This document shows positions 37,925 to 48,721 of a stretch of 64,000 nucleotides of DNA, one piece after another. The notes under the pieces were generated by a model. It worked only from the letters and a program-made list of their open reading frames with translations, was not told where the DNA came from and did no database searches. Both the position numbers and the translations under genes were made by a program. Source of the DNA: an uncultured Bacilli bacterium. GTDB lineage: Bacteria; Bacillota_I; Bacilli_A; RF39; UBA660. The stretch covers positions 79,341 to 143,340 of the forward strand of contig CAKPCH010000001.1 in assembly GCA_934141535.1 (NCBI GenBank). Reading direction: 5' to 3'. Position 1 is the first letter of the stretch; each line of letters starts with the position of its first letter.

Positions 37925-37950
37925 GAGTTCGTTTGAACTCTTATTTTTTT
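37923..37950. terminator. bidirectional terminator shared by lexA and rdgB
   Basis: aagagttc-gttt-gaactctt perfect 8-bp stem followed by attttttt. Confidence 0.5.
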
Positions 37951-38525
37951 AACTCTTCTTTTATTTGTATGAGTGCTCTATATCTATGTGATACTTTATT
38001 TTTATCTAAAGAAGATGCAAGACCAAAAGTTGTATTTAAATCATCTGATAAGAATATACAATCATATCCAAATGAAGTATCACCTAACTCTTCTTCTATT
38101 ATCTTACCATATGTTTTTCCCTCTTTATAACAATAAGTATCATCTATATGATATAAAACCATTACGCATATAAAATATGCAGACTTATCTTTATCTTTTA
38201 ATTCACTTATTAATTTTTTTCTATTTAAAGCATCATCATGTTCTTTAGCATATCTAGCACTATATACCCCAGGTTCTAGGTTGATGCCTAAACAACATAA
38301 TCCACTATCATCTGCAAGAACATCATAATCCATATTATTTTCTTTTAAATAGTGACTTACTGTACGTGCTTTTATTAAGGCATTTTCTAAGAATGTAGAA
38401 CCTGTTTCTTCTATATCTTCATCATAACCAATATCTTTAAGTGTAAGTATTTCTACATTATCAAGTATCTCTTTTATTTCTTTTACTTTATGTTTATTAT
38501 TTGAAGCTAAAACTATTTTTTTCAT
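37941..38525 (-). CDS. rdgB: non-canonical purine NTP pyrophosphatase (RdgB/Ham1 family)
   Basis: IVLASNNKHKVKE...TFLENALIKA...DDSGLCCLGINLEPGVYSARYA signature. Confidence 0.85.
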   Translation of the reverse strand: MKKIVLASNNKHKVKEIKEILDNVEILTLKDIGYDEDIEETGSTFLENALIKARTVSHYLKENNMDYDVLADDSGLCCLGINLEPGVYSARYAKEHDDALNRKKLISELKDKDKSAYFICVMVLYHIDDTYCYKEGKTYGKIIEEELGDTSFGYDCIFLSDDLNTTFGLASSLDKNKVSHRYRALIQIKEELKK

Positions 38526-38534
38526 ATATCCTCC

Positions 38535-39422
38535 CTAATATAATTTACTTGGGTATTCTTTATTTTTTATCATTTCATTTATACAATCTACTAATTCTTT
38601 TTTATCTTCTTTATAAGTAACACCATGCCATACAGCACTCGTGTCTATAACTCTTACTTTTAAAGAATCTTTTTTTATTCTTTCAAATACTACATCTGGT
38701 ATTAAGTATTCACATTTTTCAAGATTATCTTTATTTTTATTAAAGAAATCTATAAAATGTTTATCTAAATAATCTATCATATCACTTCTAAAGCAAAACA
38801 TATTCATTGATACTAAATCATCAAATGAACAATAAAAAGAATCGCGACCATCTAGTGGTTCTACTAGTACTTTATCATTTTCTTTAGTCATACTAGCTTC
38901 TATTAAGTTAACTAAATAATTATCTTTTTGTTCACAATATCCTCTTTTTACAGATCCATTATCTGTTAATGTATTACCTACTCTATATCCTATCATAGCA
39001 TAATCTGTTGTATCTTCTTTTAAGAAATTAGCAGCTTTAATATATGCATCTCTTCCATAAAAATCATCTGCATTTATAATAGCAAATGGTTCATTTACTA
39101 CTCCTTTACAACTAAGTATTGCATGTCCTGTACCTAAAGGTTTTACTCTATCACTTGGAAGTTTAACATTATCTGGTATATTTTTTATATCTTGAAATAC
39201 ATATTCTACATCTATTTTTCCTTCTATTCTACTACCAATAGTACTTTTAAATATTTCATAATTTTCTTCTTTTATTATAAAAACTACTTTTGTAAATCCA
39301 GCTTTAATAGCATCATAAATAGAATAATCTATTATAAACTCTCCATTAGGTCCTACTGGTTCTATTTGTTTTAGCCCTCCAAATCTACTTCCCATTCCTG
39401 CAGCCATAATTACTAATGTCAT
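38535..39422 (-). CDS. sugar-phosphate nucleotidyltransferase (NTP_transferase fold) family protein
   Basis: N-terminal IMAAGMGSRFGGLKQ glycine-rich NTP-binding loop. 295 aa. Confidence 0.55.
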   Translation of the reverse strand: MTLVIMAAGMGSRFGGLKQIEPVGPNGEFIIDYSIYDAIKAGFTKVVFIIKEENYEIFKSTIGSRIEGKIDVEYVFQDIKNIPDNVKLPSDRVKPLGTGHAILSCKGVVNEPFAIINADDFYGRDAYIKAANFLKEDTTDYAMIGYRVGNTLTDNGSVKRGYCEQKDNYLVNLIEASMTKENDKVLVEPLDGRDSFYCSFDDLVSMNMFCFRSDMIDYLDKHFIDFFNKNKDNLEKCEYLIPDVVFERIKKDSLKVRVIDTSAVWHGVTYKEDKKELVDCINEMIKNKEYPSKLY

Positions 39423-40279
39423 AAATTCCCTCCTCTTAACATTTTATATGGTTTTAAATAATTATCTTCCTTTTCATATATAGCTATTACTTCATTATTT
39501 AGTGTAAATATTATTTTATCTTCATTATAAATATTAGGTACTTTAGCACCATTTAAAATTTTCTTTTTTATGCTTTCATCTATTTCTATTTTTTTATAAT
39601 CAAATATATCTTCTATATTTATTAAGTCTGTATCTTTAATACTTGAAAGTTTACAAGATTGATCAATACTAAATCTTCCTTGTCTTGTTCTTCTTAAATC
39701 AGTCATAATACCATATGTTTCAAGAGATGTTGCAATATCTCTTATTAAACTTCTTATATATGTACCTTTTGATACTGTGCATTTAAATGTAAATATTGTA
39801 TGGTTATCTATATATTTTATATCTTCTAGTAACTCTATATCTTTTATATTTACTTCTCTTTTTGGAAGAGGTACATCTATATTTTCTCTTGCATATTCAT
39901 ATAATTTTTTACCATTTATTTTTATTGCTGAATATTTTGGCACTTCTTGAAGATATTTACCTTTAAATTTATTTAATGTATTAATTATTTCATCTTTTGA
40001 TTTTAAAGAAATTATATCATTTAATACATTACCTGTATTATCTAGAGTATCTGTTTGTATTCCTAAAGTTGCGCATGCTTCATACTCTTTATCATTACTT
40101 GTTAAAATATCAACCAGTTTTGTAGCACTCCCAACACATACTATAAGTACTCCTGTAGCAAGTGGATCAAGTGTACCTGTATGACCTACTTTTCTAGTCT
40201 TAAATTTCTTTTGTATTTCATTTACTACATCTCTGCTTGTAACACCTTTTGGTTTATCTATTATAAATATACCATTCAT
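39419..40279 (-). CDS. truB: tRNA pseudouridine(55) synthase
   Basis: GIFIIDKPKG...VGHTGTLDPLATGVL catalytic Asp motif. Start moved to the internal Met at 40279 (RBS aggtggt); the ORF track starts at 40324. Confidence 0.9.
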   Translation of the reverse strand: MNGIFIIDKPKGVTSRDVVNEIQKKFKTRKVGHTGTLDPLATGVLIVCVGSATKLVDILTSNDKEYEACATLGIQTDTLDNTGNVLNDIISLKSKDEIINTLNKFKGKYLQEVPKYSAIKINGKKLYEYARENIDVPLPKREVNIKDIELLEDIKYIDNHTIFTFKCTVSKGTYIRSLIRDIATSLETYGIMTDLRRTRQGRFSIDQSCKLSSIKDTDLINIEDIFDYKKIEIDESIKKKILNGAKVPNIYNEDKIIFTLNNEVIAIYEKEDNYLKPYKMLRGGNL

Positions 40280-40339
40280 CTTACCACCTATATTCATTAT
40301 ACAAAAGAAGTTTTCTATAGTCAAATAAAAAGAAAGTTT

Positions 40340-40759
40340 TTATCTAACTTTCTTCTTTTCACTATCAAATAAAATTATATTGTTTATATCGTTTCTATCT
40401 AAATAATATTTATCATTTCCTTTTATATTTAGTATTTCATTAAGTGGTATTATTATATAATCTTCTTCACTAGAAGATATTACATCTAAATCAAAAGTTA
40501 AAAACTGTTCCTTAGTTAATATTAGTTTATTATTAATAACATTATAATATTTTTTTGTTTCTTTTATTAATTGATTTTTACCTATATTTACTATTTCTGT
40601 ATCACTTATAAATTCACGTGCTACACAAGTATTTTTAGTTTTTTTATTAAAAATATAATTAACATTACTATTTTTATCTATTACTAGAATTCCAAGAGGT
40701 ATTTCTTCAAATGATTCATAACTTCTTAATATTTTATCTTGCATTATATCACCCAACAA
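40340..40759 (-). CDS. hypothetical protein (139 aa)
   Basis: ORF with no recognisable motif, lying between polA and truB. Confidence 0.35.
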   Translation of the reverse strand: MLGDIMQDKILRSYESFEEIPLGILVIDKNSNVNYIFNKKTKNTCVAREFISDTEIVNIGKNQLIKETKKYYNVINNKLILTKEQFLTFDLDVISSSEEDYIIIPLNEILNIKGNDKYYLDRNDINNIILFDSEKKKVR

Positions 40760-40792
40760 GTATTATAACAATTTTTTTAAATTTGTCAATTT

Positions 40793-43360
40793 TTATTTTG
40801 CTTCATACCAATCATTTCCATATTCTATATCTATTTCAAGTGGTACTTCAAGTTTAACAACGTTTTCCATCACATCTTTCATTAATTTACAAACTATATC
40901 AAATTCATCTTTTTTACAATCTATAACAAGTTCATCGTGTACTTGAACTAGTATTTTACTTTGTAAATTATTTTTATTAAATTCATCATATAATCTTACC
41001 ATAGCAAGTTTTATTATATCTGCTGCTGTTCCTTGTATTGGAGTATTTAGAGCCATTCTCTCTGCTCCACTTCGTATCATATAGTTTTTATTTTCTAACT
41101 CAGGTATTGTACGTATTCTATTAAACATAGTTTTTACATATCCTTTAGCATGTGCTTCTTTTATACATTTATCTTGATATGCTTTTATACCAGGATAGGT
41201 TTCATAATACTGATTAATAAATTTTGATGCTTCTTTTGCATTTATATTAAGATTTTCACCTAATCCATAACCACTAATACCATAAAGAATACCAAAGTTA
41301 ACTGCTTTAGCAACTCTTCTTTCATCTTTAGTTACTGCTTCTACTTCACAATTAAATATATCACTTGCTGTCTTAGTATGAATATCAATACCGTGTAAAA
41401 AGGCATCTTTCATAGATTTTACATCAGCAAAGCATGAAAATATTCTAAGCTCTATTTGTGAATAATCAGCACTCACTATTATAGAATTTTCGCTTGGTAT
41501 AAATGCTTTTCTTATTAATCTACCATATGGATTTCTAATAGGAATATTTTGAAGATTAGGTTCTATACTAGAAAGTCTACCTGTACGAGTTAATGTTTGT
41601 GTATATATTGTATGTATTTTATTATCTTCAAATATATATGATTTTAATCCTTCTATATATGTAGAATATAATTTAGTTAAAAGTCTATATTCTAAAATTT
41701 GATCTATTATAGGATGTTTATCTTTTAATTTCATAAGTACATCTGCTGCTGTTGAATAACCTGTTTTACCTTTTTTACCATGTGGCAAGTTTAATTTTTC
41801 AAATAATATATCACCTAACTGTGTAGGAGATGATATATTAAATTGTTCACCAGCATAATTATAAATGGTTTTACTAATTAATTCTATTTTTATTTTTATA
41901 TCTTCACCCATATCAGTTAATTGAGCCTCATCTACTAAAAATCCAGTATATTCCATATCAGCAAGTACTCTACTTAATGGAAGTTCTATGTTGTTAAATA
42001 AATCATACATTTCTTTATTCTTTAATTCTTCTTCTAAAGAATTTTTAGTATCATATATAAATTTTGCTTTTTTAACTATTACTTCTTCTATATTTGTTCT
42101 ATCCTTTAATATATTAGTATAAAATGGTAATTCAAAATTTAATTGATTTGAAAGGTATGCTATATCATCTTTTAAATTATATTCAAGCAGGTAGGCAGCT
42201 AATGATGTATCAAATACTACATTTGGAATCATTAAATTTTTCTTTTTTAAAGATACTATAACTTTTTTATAGTCATATGTATATATATCTATGTTTTTTA
42301 AAAAGTCAGTATTATTTAAATCATCACCAGATATATAAATAGAATTATCTTTATTATATACACCCATACCAATTATATTTGCTTTATGATAATTAATATC
42401 ATCTACCTCTAAATAAATAGCGCAACTATCATCTATTTTTATTTCATTAATATCTTTTACTTTTTTATAACTAAATTGTTCTACTTCTTTATGAGTAGGT
42501 TCTTCTATATTTTTTAAAAATGAATAAAACTCTAAATTTTCATATATTTCTTTAAGATTAGATTTAGGTCCTAAATACTTAATATCATCTATATTAATTG
42601 TAAGTGGAACTTCTCTATATATAGTAGCTATACCGTAACTCATATAAGCATTAGGTTTATCTAATACAAGCTTATCATGAACACTTCCCTTTATTTTATC
42701 TATATTTTCATATATACCATCTAATGTTTTATATGTATGAAGAAGTTTTAAAGCAGTTTTTTCACCTATACCCTTAACACCTGGTATATTATCTGAAGAA
42801 TCTCCCATAAGGGATTTTAAATCTATTATATTTATAGGATCTATTCCCCATTCTTCTTTAAAGCTTTCTAAGTTATATCTAATATAATCTTTGCTTTTTA
42901 ATAATTTCATTTCTACTTGAGGAGAAATTAATTGAAGTAAATCTTTATCACTACTAATTATTAATCCTTCATAATCATCATCTGGTATATCACAATATTT
43001 AGCAAACGTTCCAATAATATCATCTGCTTCATAATTATCTATTTCATAATACTTTATACCCATAGCATCTAACATTTCTTTAGCAACCGGAAATTGAAGT
43101 TTTAATTCATCAGGTGTTTCTATTCTTCCCTGTTTATAAAAATCATATTTTTCATGTCTAAATGTTTTACCTTTATCAAAAGCAACTATCATATATTCTG
43201 GATTTTCTTCATGTACTATTTTATTTATCATATTAGCAAATCCAAATAGTGCATTTGTAGGAAATCCTTTACTATTTTTCATAAAATTTCCAGTATATGC
43301 TGTAGCATAATAACTTCTAAATAACAAGTTATTTCCATCTACCATTATTATTTTTTTCAT
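40793..43360 (-). CDS. polA: DNA polymerase I
   Basis: 5'-3' exonuclease N-terminus (GNNLLFRSYYA). Family A polymerase motifs RRVAKAVNFGILYGIS and VHDELVID. 855 aa. Confidence 0.9.
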   Translation of the reverse strand: MKKIIMVDGNNLLFRSYYATAYTGNFMKNSKGFPTNALFGFANMINKIVHEENPEYMIVAFDKGKTFRHEKYDFYKQGRIETPDELKLQFPVAKEMLDAMGIKYYEIDNYEADDIIGTFAKYCDIPDDDYEGLIISSDKDLLQLISPQVEMKLLKSKDYIRYNLESFKEEWGIDPINIIDLKSLMGDSSDNIPGVKGIGEKTALKLLHTYKTLDGIYENIDKIKGSVHDKLVLDKPNAYMSYGIATIYREVPLTINIDDIKYLGPKSNLKEIYENLEFYSFLKNIEEPTHKEVEQFSYKKVKDINEIKIDDSCAIYLEVDDINYHKANIIGMGVYNKDNSIYISGDDLNNTDFLKNIDIYTYDYKKVIVSLKKKNLMIPNVVFDTSLAAYLLEYNLKDDIAYLSNQLNFELPFYTNILKDRTNIEEVIVKKAKFIYDTKNSLEEELKNKEMYDLFNNIELPLSRVLADMEYTGFLVDEAQLTDMGEDIKIKIELISKTIYNYAGEQFNISSPTQLGDILFEKLNLPHGKKGKTGYSTAADVLMKLKDKHPIIDQILEYRLLTKLYSTYIEGLKSYIFEDNKIHTIYTQTLTRTGRLSSIEPNLQNIPIRNPYGRLIRKAFIPSENSIIVSADYSQIELRIFSCFADVKSMKDAFLHGIDIHTKTASDIFNCEVEAVTKDERRVAKAVNFGILYGISGYGLGENLNINAKEASKFINQYYETYPGIKAYQDKCIKEAHAKGYVKTMFNRIRTIPELENKNYMIRSGAERMALNTPIQGTAADIIKLAMVRLYDEFNKNNLQSKILVQVHDELVIDCKKDEFDIVCKLMKDVMENVVKLEVPLEIDIEYGNDWYEAK

Positions 43361-43418
43361 AACATCACCATTATTATTTTACCATGAAAAAACACATTAT
43401 TTCTAATATGTTTTAATT

Positions 43419-44132
43419 TTATATATATTTTTTTAATTTTTTAACTTTTGGTTTTAATGTTTTTTGCTCTTTTAATAATAATTCTAAGTCTAATTGTTCT
43501 AATACATTATGAAAGTCATATAAATTATCATTTGTTATATTTGTATAAAATTTATTTATTAAATTATCTTTATTTAGTGGTTCTCCATCTTCTATTAATC
43601 TTTTCATAAATATTACTGGAAAACCATAAAGATATTCAAGGCAAAGTGCCATAGCAGATTGATTAGACCATATAAAATCATTTATACAATCATCAGCAAT
43701 CAATGAATCTATATCACATAGTTTTATATCATCTGTTTTAGGATTTAATAATATATTACCACAATGATAATCCATATAAGTTAATCCATTATCAACAAGC
43801 ATATTAAAAATATCTATTACTTTATGACAATCTTTAATCTTTAGCTTTATATCCCTTTTTGAAAACTTAGCTAAACTTTTATAATTATCATAAAATTTAA
43901 AAGAATATCCAATAGCAAATCCTTCTTGCATTATAAAATCTTTTATTTTTATTAAATTATCATAATTGCACTCTGAAATATAATTTATTACTTCTATTCT
44001 ATTTTGATCAAAGAAAAATGGTAATTTATATATTATATTATTATGATAATATAATATACTACTATTATTTGTATCTCTTGGTTTATATCTTTTAAACTTC
44101 ACCACTTCTTCATAATCTATTTTATTTAACAT
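43419..44132 (-). CDS. small protein-kinase-like fold protein (CotS/Kdo-kinase-like), function unknown
   Basis: Catalytic-loop-like YMDYHCGNILLN followed by CDIDS (DFG-like). 237 aa. Confidence 0.4.
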   Translation of the reverse strand: MLNKIDYEEVVKFKRYKPRDTNNSSILYYHNNIIYKLPFFFDQNRIEVINYISECNYDNLIKIKDFIMQEGFAIGYSFKFYDNYKSLAKFSKRDIKLKIKDCHKVIDIFNMLVDNGLTYMDYHCGNILLNPKTDDIKLCDIDSLIADDCINDFIWSNQSAMALCLEYLYGFPVIFMKRLIEDGEPLNKDNLINKFYTNITNDNLYDFHNVLEQLDLELLLKEQKTLKPKVKKLKKYI

Positions 44133-44206
44133 TTTATCACCAGTTCAAGTATTATAACACGTTTTTTAATTTATATCAAAAAAGATGTATTAAAATTTAT
44201 ACATCT

Positions 44207-45478
44207 TTACTTTATAACTGATTTAGATAATGTTATTACTGGACGGATACCAAATTTATTTGAAAGTCCAACGTTATAATAATCTATATTGCTATTATTA
44301 CCAACATACCATGCACCAATAGTAACTGTATGTGGAGTACTAGTCCAATATCCATCTACACCTGTTACTGAATGTAAAGCTCCAGATAAATAATCAGTTA
44401 ACCATTTTTGTTCTAAAGTTGGATAGTCTAAATAATTCTTTCCATCAGCGGTTGCTATTTGACTAGCACTTGGAAAACTCACTTCTACTCCTTCTTTATT
44501 AAATATTTCTTTTATATGCCCTAAATAATCTTTTCCTGTTGGAGCACTACTTCCTGTTGTACTTATATTTTTACAAGTTGTGTTATCATCTTCACCATCT
44601 GTACACCAGGAAAGTGTTGTTGGTATATATGAATCTGTATAGTTTTCTTTCATGATTAAACTTACTGTATCTGTATTATTTTCTAGCACAAAGAATGTAT
44701 TTGTGTAACTATCTCCTACTTGGCATGTATATTCATCTCCGTAGTTAAAACTTCCAGTAGGTACGTTTCCTGTTGTGGCAGTAGTTACTCCTGTACAGAT
44801 TGGTTCAGAAGGTAGTGTTGGCATTCCACTTAAACTTGTTGATCCATATGTTAAATAAATACTACCAAATTTTATTGTAAATGGGCCATCGGCTATTGCT
44901 GAACCACTTGTATATTCTATTGTTATTTTTACTAATTCACTATTACTTTTCTTTAATACATGATTTGTTATATTTAGAGTTGTATCAGTATAAGAAGTAC
45001 TTAATACTGTTGTTGTTACTTTTATTCCATTACATGCTGATTCTACCATTGAAGAACTAGTACCTTCTCCAGCTACACATTCTTTAAATACTGACTTACC
45101 ACTAATATTATTAAATACTACACTACTTAAATATGCATCATAACTTCCTTCATTTCTTGCATAAAATGTATACTCTACTTTTTCTCCAGGTGCAGTAAAT
45201 GAAGCACTTAAATTTTTAATTGTTGGATTACCACTATTATCTATTATTGGTGTTCCAGCTTGTGCATTCCCTGTTTTTGTTACACTTACATTAGTTGTTG
45301 AAAGTGATGTACTACTACTTGAAAATACTACTTTAAAATTTCCTGAATCTGGTGTAATTGTCGCATTACTTTTTACTGTTAGAGAACTAGAAAAAGCTGC
45401 AAAAGCTATACTTAAACCTAATACGCTTATTATAGTTATTATTAATATTAATGTTGTATTTTTTTTATTATATCCCAT
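44207..45478 (-). CDS. TasA/camelysin-like protein with a SipW-cognate signal peptide and one C-terminal DUF1566/Fib_succ_major-like module
   Basis: N-terminus TLILIITIISVLGLSIAFAAFSSSLTVKS. TasA-like core FTAPGEKVEYTFYARNEGSYDAYL. The C-terminal ~200 aa are near-identical in design to the modules of the giant paralogs (CTGVTTATTGNVPTGSFNYGDEYTC ... YWTSTP ... GIRPVITLSKSVIK). Confidence 0.75.
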   Translation of the reverse strand: MGYNKKNTTLILIITIISVLGLSIAFAAFSSSLTVKSNATITPDSGNFKVVFSSSSTSLSTTNVSVTKTGNAQAGTPIIDNSGNPTIKNLSASFTAPGEKVEYTFYARNEGSYDAYLSSVVFNNISGKSVFKECVAGEGTSSSMVESACNGIKVTTTVLSTSYTDTTLNITNHVLKKSNSELVKITIEYTSGSAIADGPFTIKFGSIYLTYGSTSLSGMPTLPSEPICTGVTTATTGNVPTGSFNYGDEYTCQVGDSYTNTFFVLENNTDTVSLIMKENYTDSYIPTTLSWCTDGEDDNTTCKNISTTGSSAPTGKDYLGHIKEIFNKEGVEVSFPSASQIATADGKNYLDYPTLEQKWLTDYLSGALHSVTGVDGYWTSTPHTVTIGAWYVGNNSNIDYYNVGLSNKFGIRPVITLSKSVIK

Positions 45479-45640
45479 ATACTTCCTACCCTTCTTTTAT
45501 AGTTTACCACATATTACTATTTTTTTACATTCATTAATAGTATATATGTGCTTTGACTACTCTTCATTATATAACTATCATATCGCAAAAAAAACAAGTA
45601 ATATTTTTGAAAATTAAAAAATTATTTCTTGCTTTTATCA
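45479..45640. promoter_or_regulatory. conserved upstream leader cassette (copy 1 of 4) of the SipW-substrate paralog family
   Basis: Shares ...acccttcttttatagtttaccacatattactatttttttacattcatta... and ...caagtaatatttttg.aaatta with the regions at 54668-54810 and 60824-60960. Confidence 0.4.
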
Positions 45641-45644
45641 CTCT

Positions 45645-48600
45645 TTATTTATGATCTAGTTCAACTAAATTATCATCTAATATAGAATAGAGATATATAT
45701 TTACTTTTTTACCACTTATATTACTTATATAATTTTTATAACCATTAAGTTGTTTTATATAAGCATCATCTACTATATTTTTAGTTTTATAATCTATTAA
45801 CATTATATAATCATCATATTCTAACATAAGATCTATAAAACCATGTTTTATATCATTATTATCATTAAATATAAATTCATATTCTTTATAACAATTAATA
45901 TAATTTTTATCTATATGTTTTAGAAATTTAAGTACGAATACATTATCTGTATTGTTAAAGTCTTCAGTTTCAAATATATAATGAAGCTTTACTCCCTCTT
46001 TCATATTATCTATTTCATTTAAAGTCAATAATTTATTACTATCTTTAGAAAATCTAGTTTGATTTATTATTTCATAATTAATATTATTATATTTATGTTC
46101 TATTTTAATTGAACTTTCTTTTATTTCTTTTTTATAATTATATTTTTTTATTTTATTATAATCTTTTGTAAGTTTTACTTCATTAAAATCTATTTGTTTT
46201 ATATATGGTTCTAATACTGGTTTTATAGAGTTTAACATATCACTTATTCTTTTGTATTCTAATCTGTTTTGATCTGGTACTAAGTGTGTGAATGATTCTA
46301 CCTTATCGTCAAATGGAAGTAATATTATTATTTTTTCTTTAGCACGTGTAAGTGCGACATAAAATAAACGTATTTTTTCACTTATATTATCCCTTATATT
46401 TTTATTTATTAATAAATCTTTTAGTATTGTATTTTTAACTCCTTCTTTTACATATGGAGTAATTATATTAAAACTATCATCTACTAAGAATAAAGATTTT
46501 ATATCTTCATCATTATTTTTTTTAGATAATCCAGAAAAATAACAAATATTATATTCTAACCCTTTACTTTTATGTATATTTAATATTTTAACACTATTAA
46601 CATCTCCACTATTTAATGAATACTCTATTACTTCTTTTTCACTCATTTTATTTAAATATTCACTAAACATTAATGGAGTATAACCTATTTTTGATAGATT
46701 AACACTTAAATCTTTTAAATATTCTATTTTTATTTCACTTTCTTTTATAGAAGATGTAGTTGTTATTTTTTCATAATAATTAAATTTATTTATTATTTCA
46801 TTTAATAAATCTAAATTAGAAAGTTCATCTATATTTATACTTTTACATATTTTAAATAATTCTGTATCATAAAACTTATTACTTTTTAATATATCAAATA
46901 TTTCTTCATCTGATATTTTATTTAAAAATGATCTAGAGCAACTAGTAAAGTAATATTTAAATTCTTGATCTAATTCATTATTATTTATTTTTATTATTAA
47001 ATTTATGAAGTTTTTTATAACTGTTATATCATTACCACTTGTTAATTTTTCATTTTTTATTTGTGATAATGGTATACCTACATATTCAAATATTTTTTTA
47101 TATAAATCAAAACTAGTACCACGATCCATTATTATAGCAAAGTCTTTATACATAGAGTCTCTTAATGTATTTGTTTTCTTATCTACTACCTGATATTTGT
47201 TATCTATTTTTTGTTTTATATCATATGCTATTGTAAATGCTTCTATTTCATCTGTTGTAAATTCTTTTAGATCTTCTTTATTATATGTTAATATATCCAT
47301 AGAGTTATCATGAAGAGTTTTTAAATGTTCTATATAACTAGTATTACCAAAATTCATTCTATGAGATTTACTATATTCTGCATCTCCTACATTATTATCC
47401 ATTATTAAATCAAATATTAAATTTATATTATCTAATACTTCTTTTCTACTTCTAAAGTTTTTTAATAAATCTATTTTTATACCACCCTTATTAATAGAAT
47501 AATCATCATATTTATTTCTAAATATATAAGGATTAGCATGTCTAAATCTATATATTGATTGTTTTATATCTCCTACCATATAAACATTATTAGAGGCTAT
47601 TAAATTAATAAATTCTTCTTGTATATCACTAGTATCTTGATATTCATCTACCATGATTTCATCAAATGAATTTTTTAATTCTTCTTGTATATCTTTATTA
47701 TTTTTTATAACTTTAATAGCCATATGTGCGATATCTTGAAATGTATATAAGTTTTTATCTATTTTATATTTATTAAATCTTTCATCATAAAGATTTATTA
47801 TTTTACAAATAGCTCTTATATAAGGTTTAATAGATAATAGAGATTCTTTTATTTCTTCACTATTTTCAAATCTAGTTAATTCTTTTAAAGTTTTTACTTT
47901 TTTTACAATTATATCTTTATATGTAGCAGCATCTTCACTACAGTTTTTATTTTTTCTTGGACTACCTATTATATTTAAACTAGATTTTATATCTTCATAA
48001 GAGTTAGATTCTAGTAAGTTTTCTATATTTAATGTAGTAATATATTTTTCATCTGTTAAACTAATTAAAGTTTTATATGGATCTTTTATTTCTTCTTTTT
48101 TAGTTATTATAAGTTTATAATACTCATTTATATAATTATTTATATTTTCTTCATTAAAAAATATAGTTTCATAATTTTTTAAATATTCTTGTTTATTTGG
48201 TAATAAATCTAATTTTTTTGATATTTCTTTTACTATCTCTTTTATTTTATCATCTGTTTTTGTACAAAAGTCTCCTACTAATTTTTTAAAGTCAGGATCA
48301 TTATACATTGATAAAAAAACTTCATCTATTATTTCATCTGTTTTTGATACTTCTATTGAAGAATCCATAATTGATATATCTTTAGGTATTTTAAGTAAAT
48401 AGTGATATTTTTTTACTACTGAAAGTGCGAATGAGTCAAATGTTGTAATATAACTTGAATCTATATAATCTAGTTGTTCTTTTAATCCAGCCTTTTTTAT
48501 AGCTTGTCTAATTCTATCTTTCATTTCACCAGCTGCCATATTTGTAAAAGTTAATATTAATAGTCTATTAATGTTTTGACCATTAATAAGTTTTCTTATT

Positions 48601-48707
48601 GTACGTTCTGTAAGAACTGCTGTTTTACCACTTCCAGCTCCTGCAGAAACTATTATATTGGTACCTGTTTTAGTTATTGCTTCTTCTTGTTCTTTTGTAA
48701 AACCCAT
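45645..48707 (-). CDS. addA: AddA-like ATP-dependent helicase/nuclease: UvrD-family helicase with a C-terminal PD-(D/E)XK nuclease. Compact at 1020 aa.
   Basis: N-terminus FTKEQEEAITKTG...AGAGSGKTAVL (UvrD motif I) and motif II DEYQDT. The C-terminus FIDLMLEY...DYKT is nuclease-like. Confidence 0.65.
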   Translation of the reverse strand: MGFTKEQEEAITKTGTNIIVSAGAGSGKTAVLTERTIRKLINGQNINRLLILTFTNMAAGEMKDRIRQAIKKAGLKEQLDYIDSSYITTFDSFALSVVKKYHYLLKIPKDISIMDSSIEVSKTDEIIDEVFLSMYNDPDFKKLVGDFCTKTDDKIKEIVKEISKKLDLLPNKQEYLKNYETIFFNEENINNYINEYYKLIITKKEEIKDPYKTLISLTDEKYITTLNIENLLESNSYEDIKSSLNIIGSPRKNKNCSEDAATYKDIIVKKVKTLKELTRFENSEEIKESLLSIKPYIRAICKIINLYDERFNKYKIDKNLYTFQDIAHMAIKVIKNNKDIQEELKNSFDEIMVDEYQDTSDIQEEFINLIASNNVYMVGDIKQSIYRFRHANPYIFRNKYDDYSINKGGIKIDLLKNFRSRKEVLDNINLIFDLIMDNNVGDAEYSKSHRMNFGNTSYIEHLKTLHDNSMDILTYNKEDLKEFTTDEIEAFTIAYDIKQKIDNKYQVVDKKTNTLRDSMYKDFAIIMDRGTSFDLYKKIFEYVGIPLSQIKNEKLTSGNDITVIKNFINLIIKINNNELDQEFKYYFTSCSRSFLNKISDEEIFDILKSNKFYDTELFKICKSINIDELSNLDLLNEIINKFNYYEKITTTSSIKESEIKIEYLKDLSVNLSKIGYTPLMFSEYLNKMSEKEVIEYSLNSGDVNSVKILNIHKSKGLEYNICYFSGLSKKNNDEDIKSLFLVDDSFNIITPYVKEGVKNTILKDLLINKNIRDNISEKIRLFYVALTRAKEKIIILLPFDDKVESFTHLVPDQNRLEYKRISDMLNSIKPVLEPYIKQIDFNEVKLTKDYNKIKKYNYKKEIKESSIKIEHKYNNINYEIINQTRFSKDSNKLLTLNEIDNMKEGVKLHYIFETEDFNNTDNVFVLKFLKHIDKNYINCYKEYEFIFNDNNDIKHGFIDLMLEYDDYIMLIDYKTKNIVDDAYIKQLNGYKNYISNISGKKVNIYLYSILDDNLVELDHK

Positions 48708-48721
48708 AATCCACTTCCTTT

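Noticed and set aside
37923-37950. GAGTTCGTTTGAACTC palindrome as a second LexA operator
   Set aside because: The half-sites are in inverted order (GTTC...GAAC rather than GAAC...GTTC). It sits after the lexA stop and is followed by a T-run, so it is a terminator.
37933-38173. Two plus-strand ORFs (37933-38130, 37973-38173) antisense to rdgB
   Set aside because: rdgB is strongly supported by its Ham1 signature, so the antisense frames are chance.
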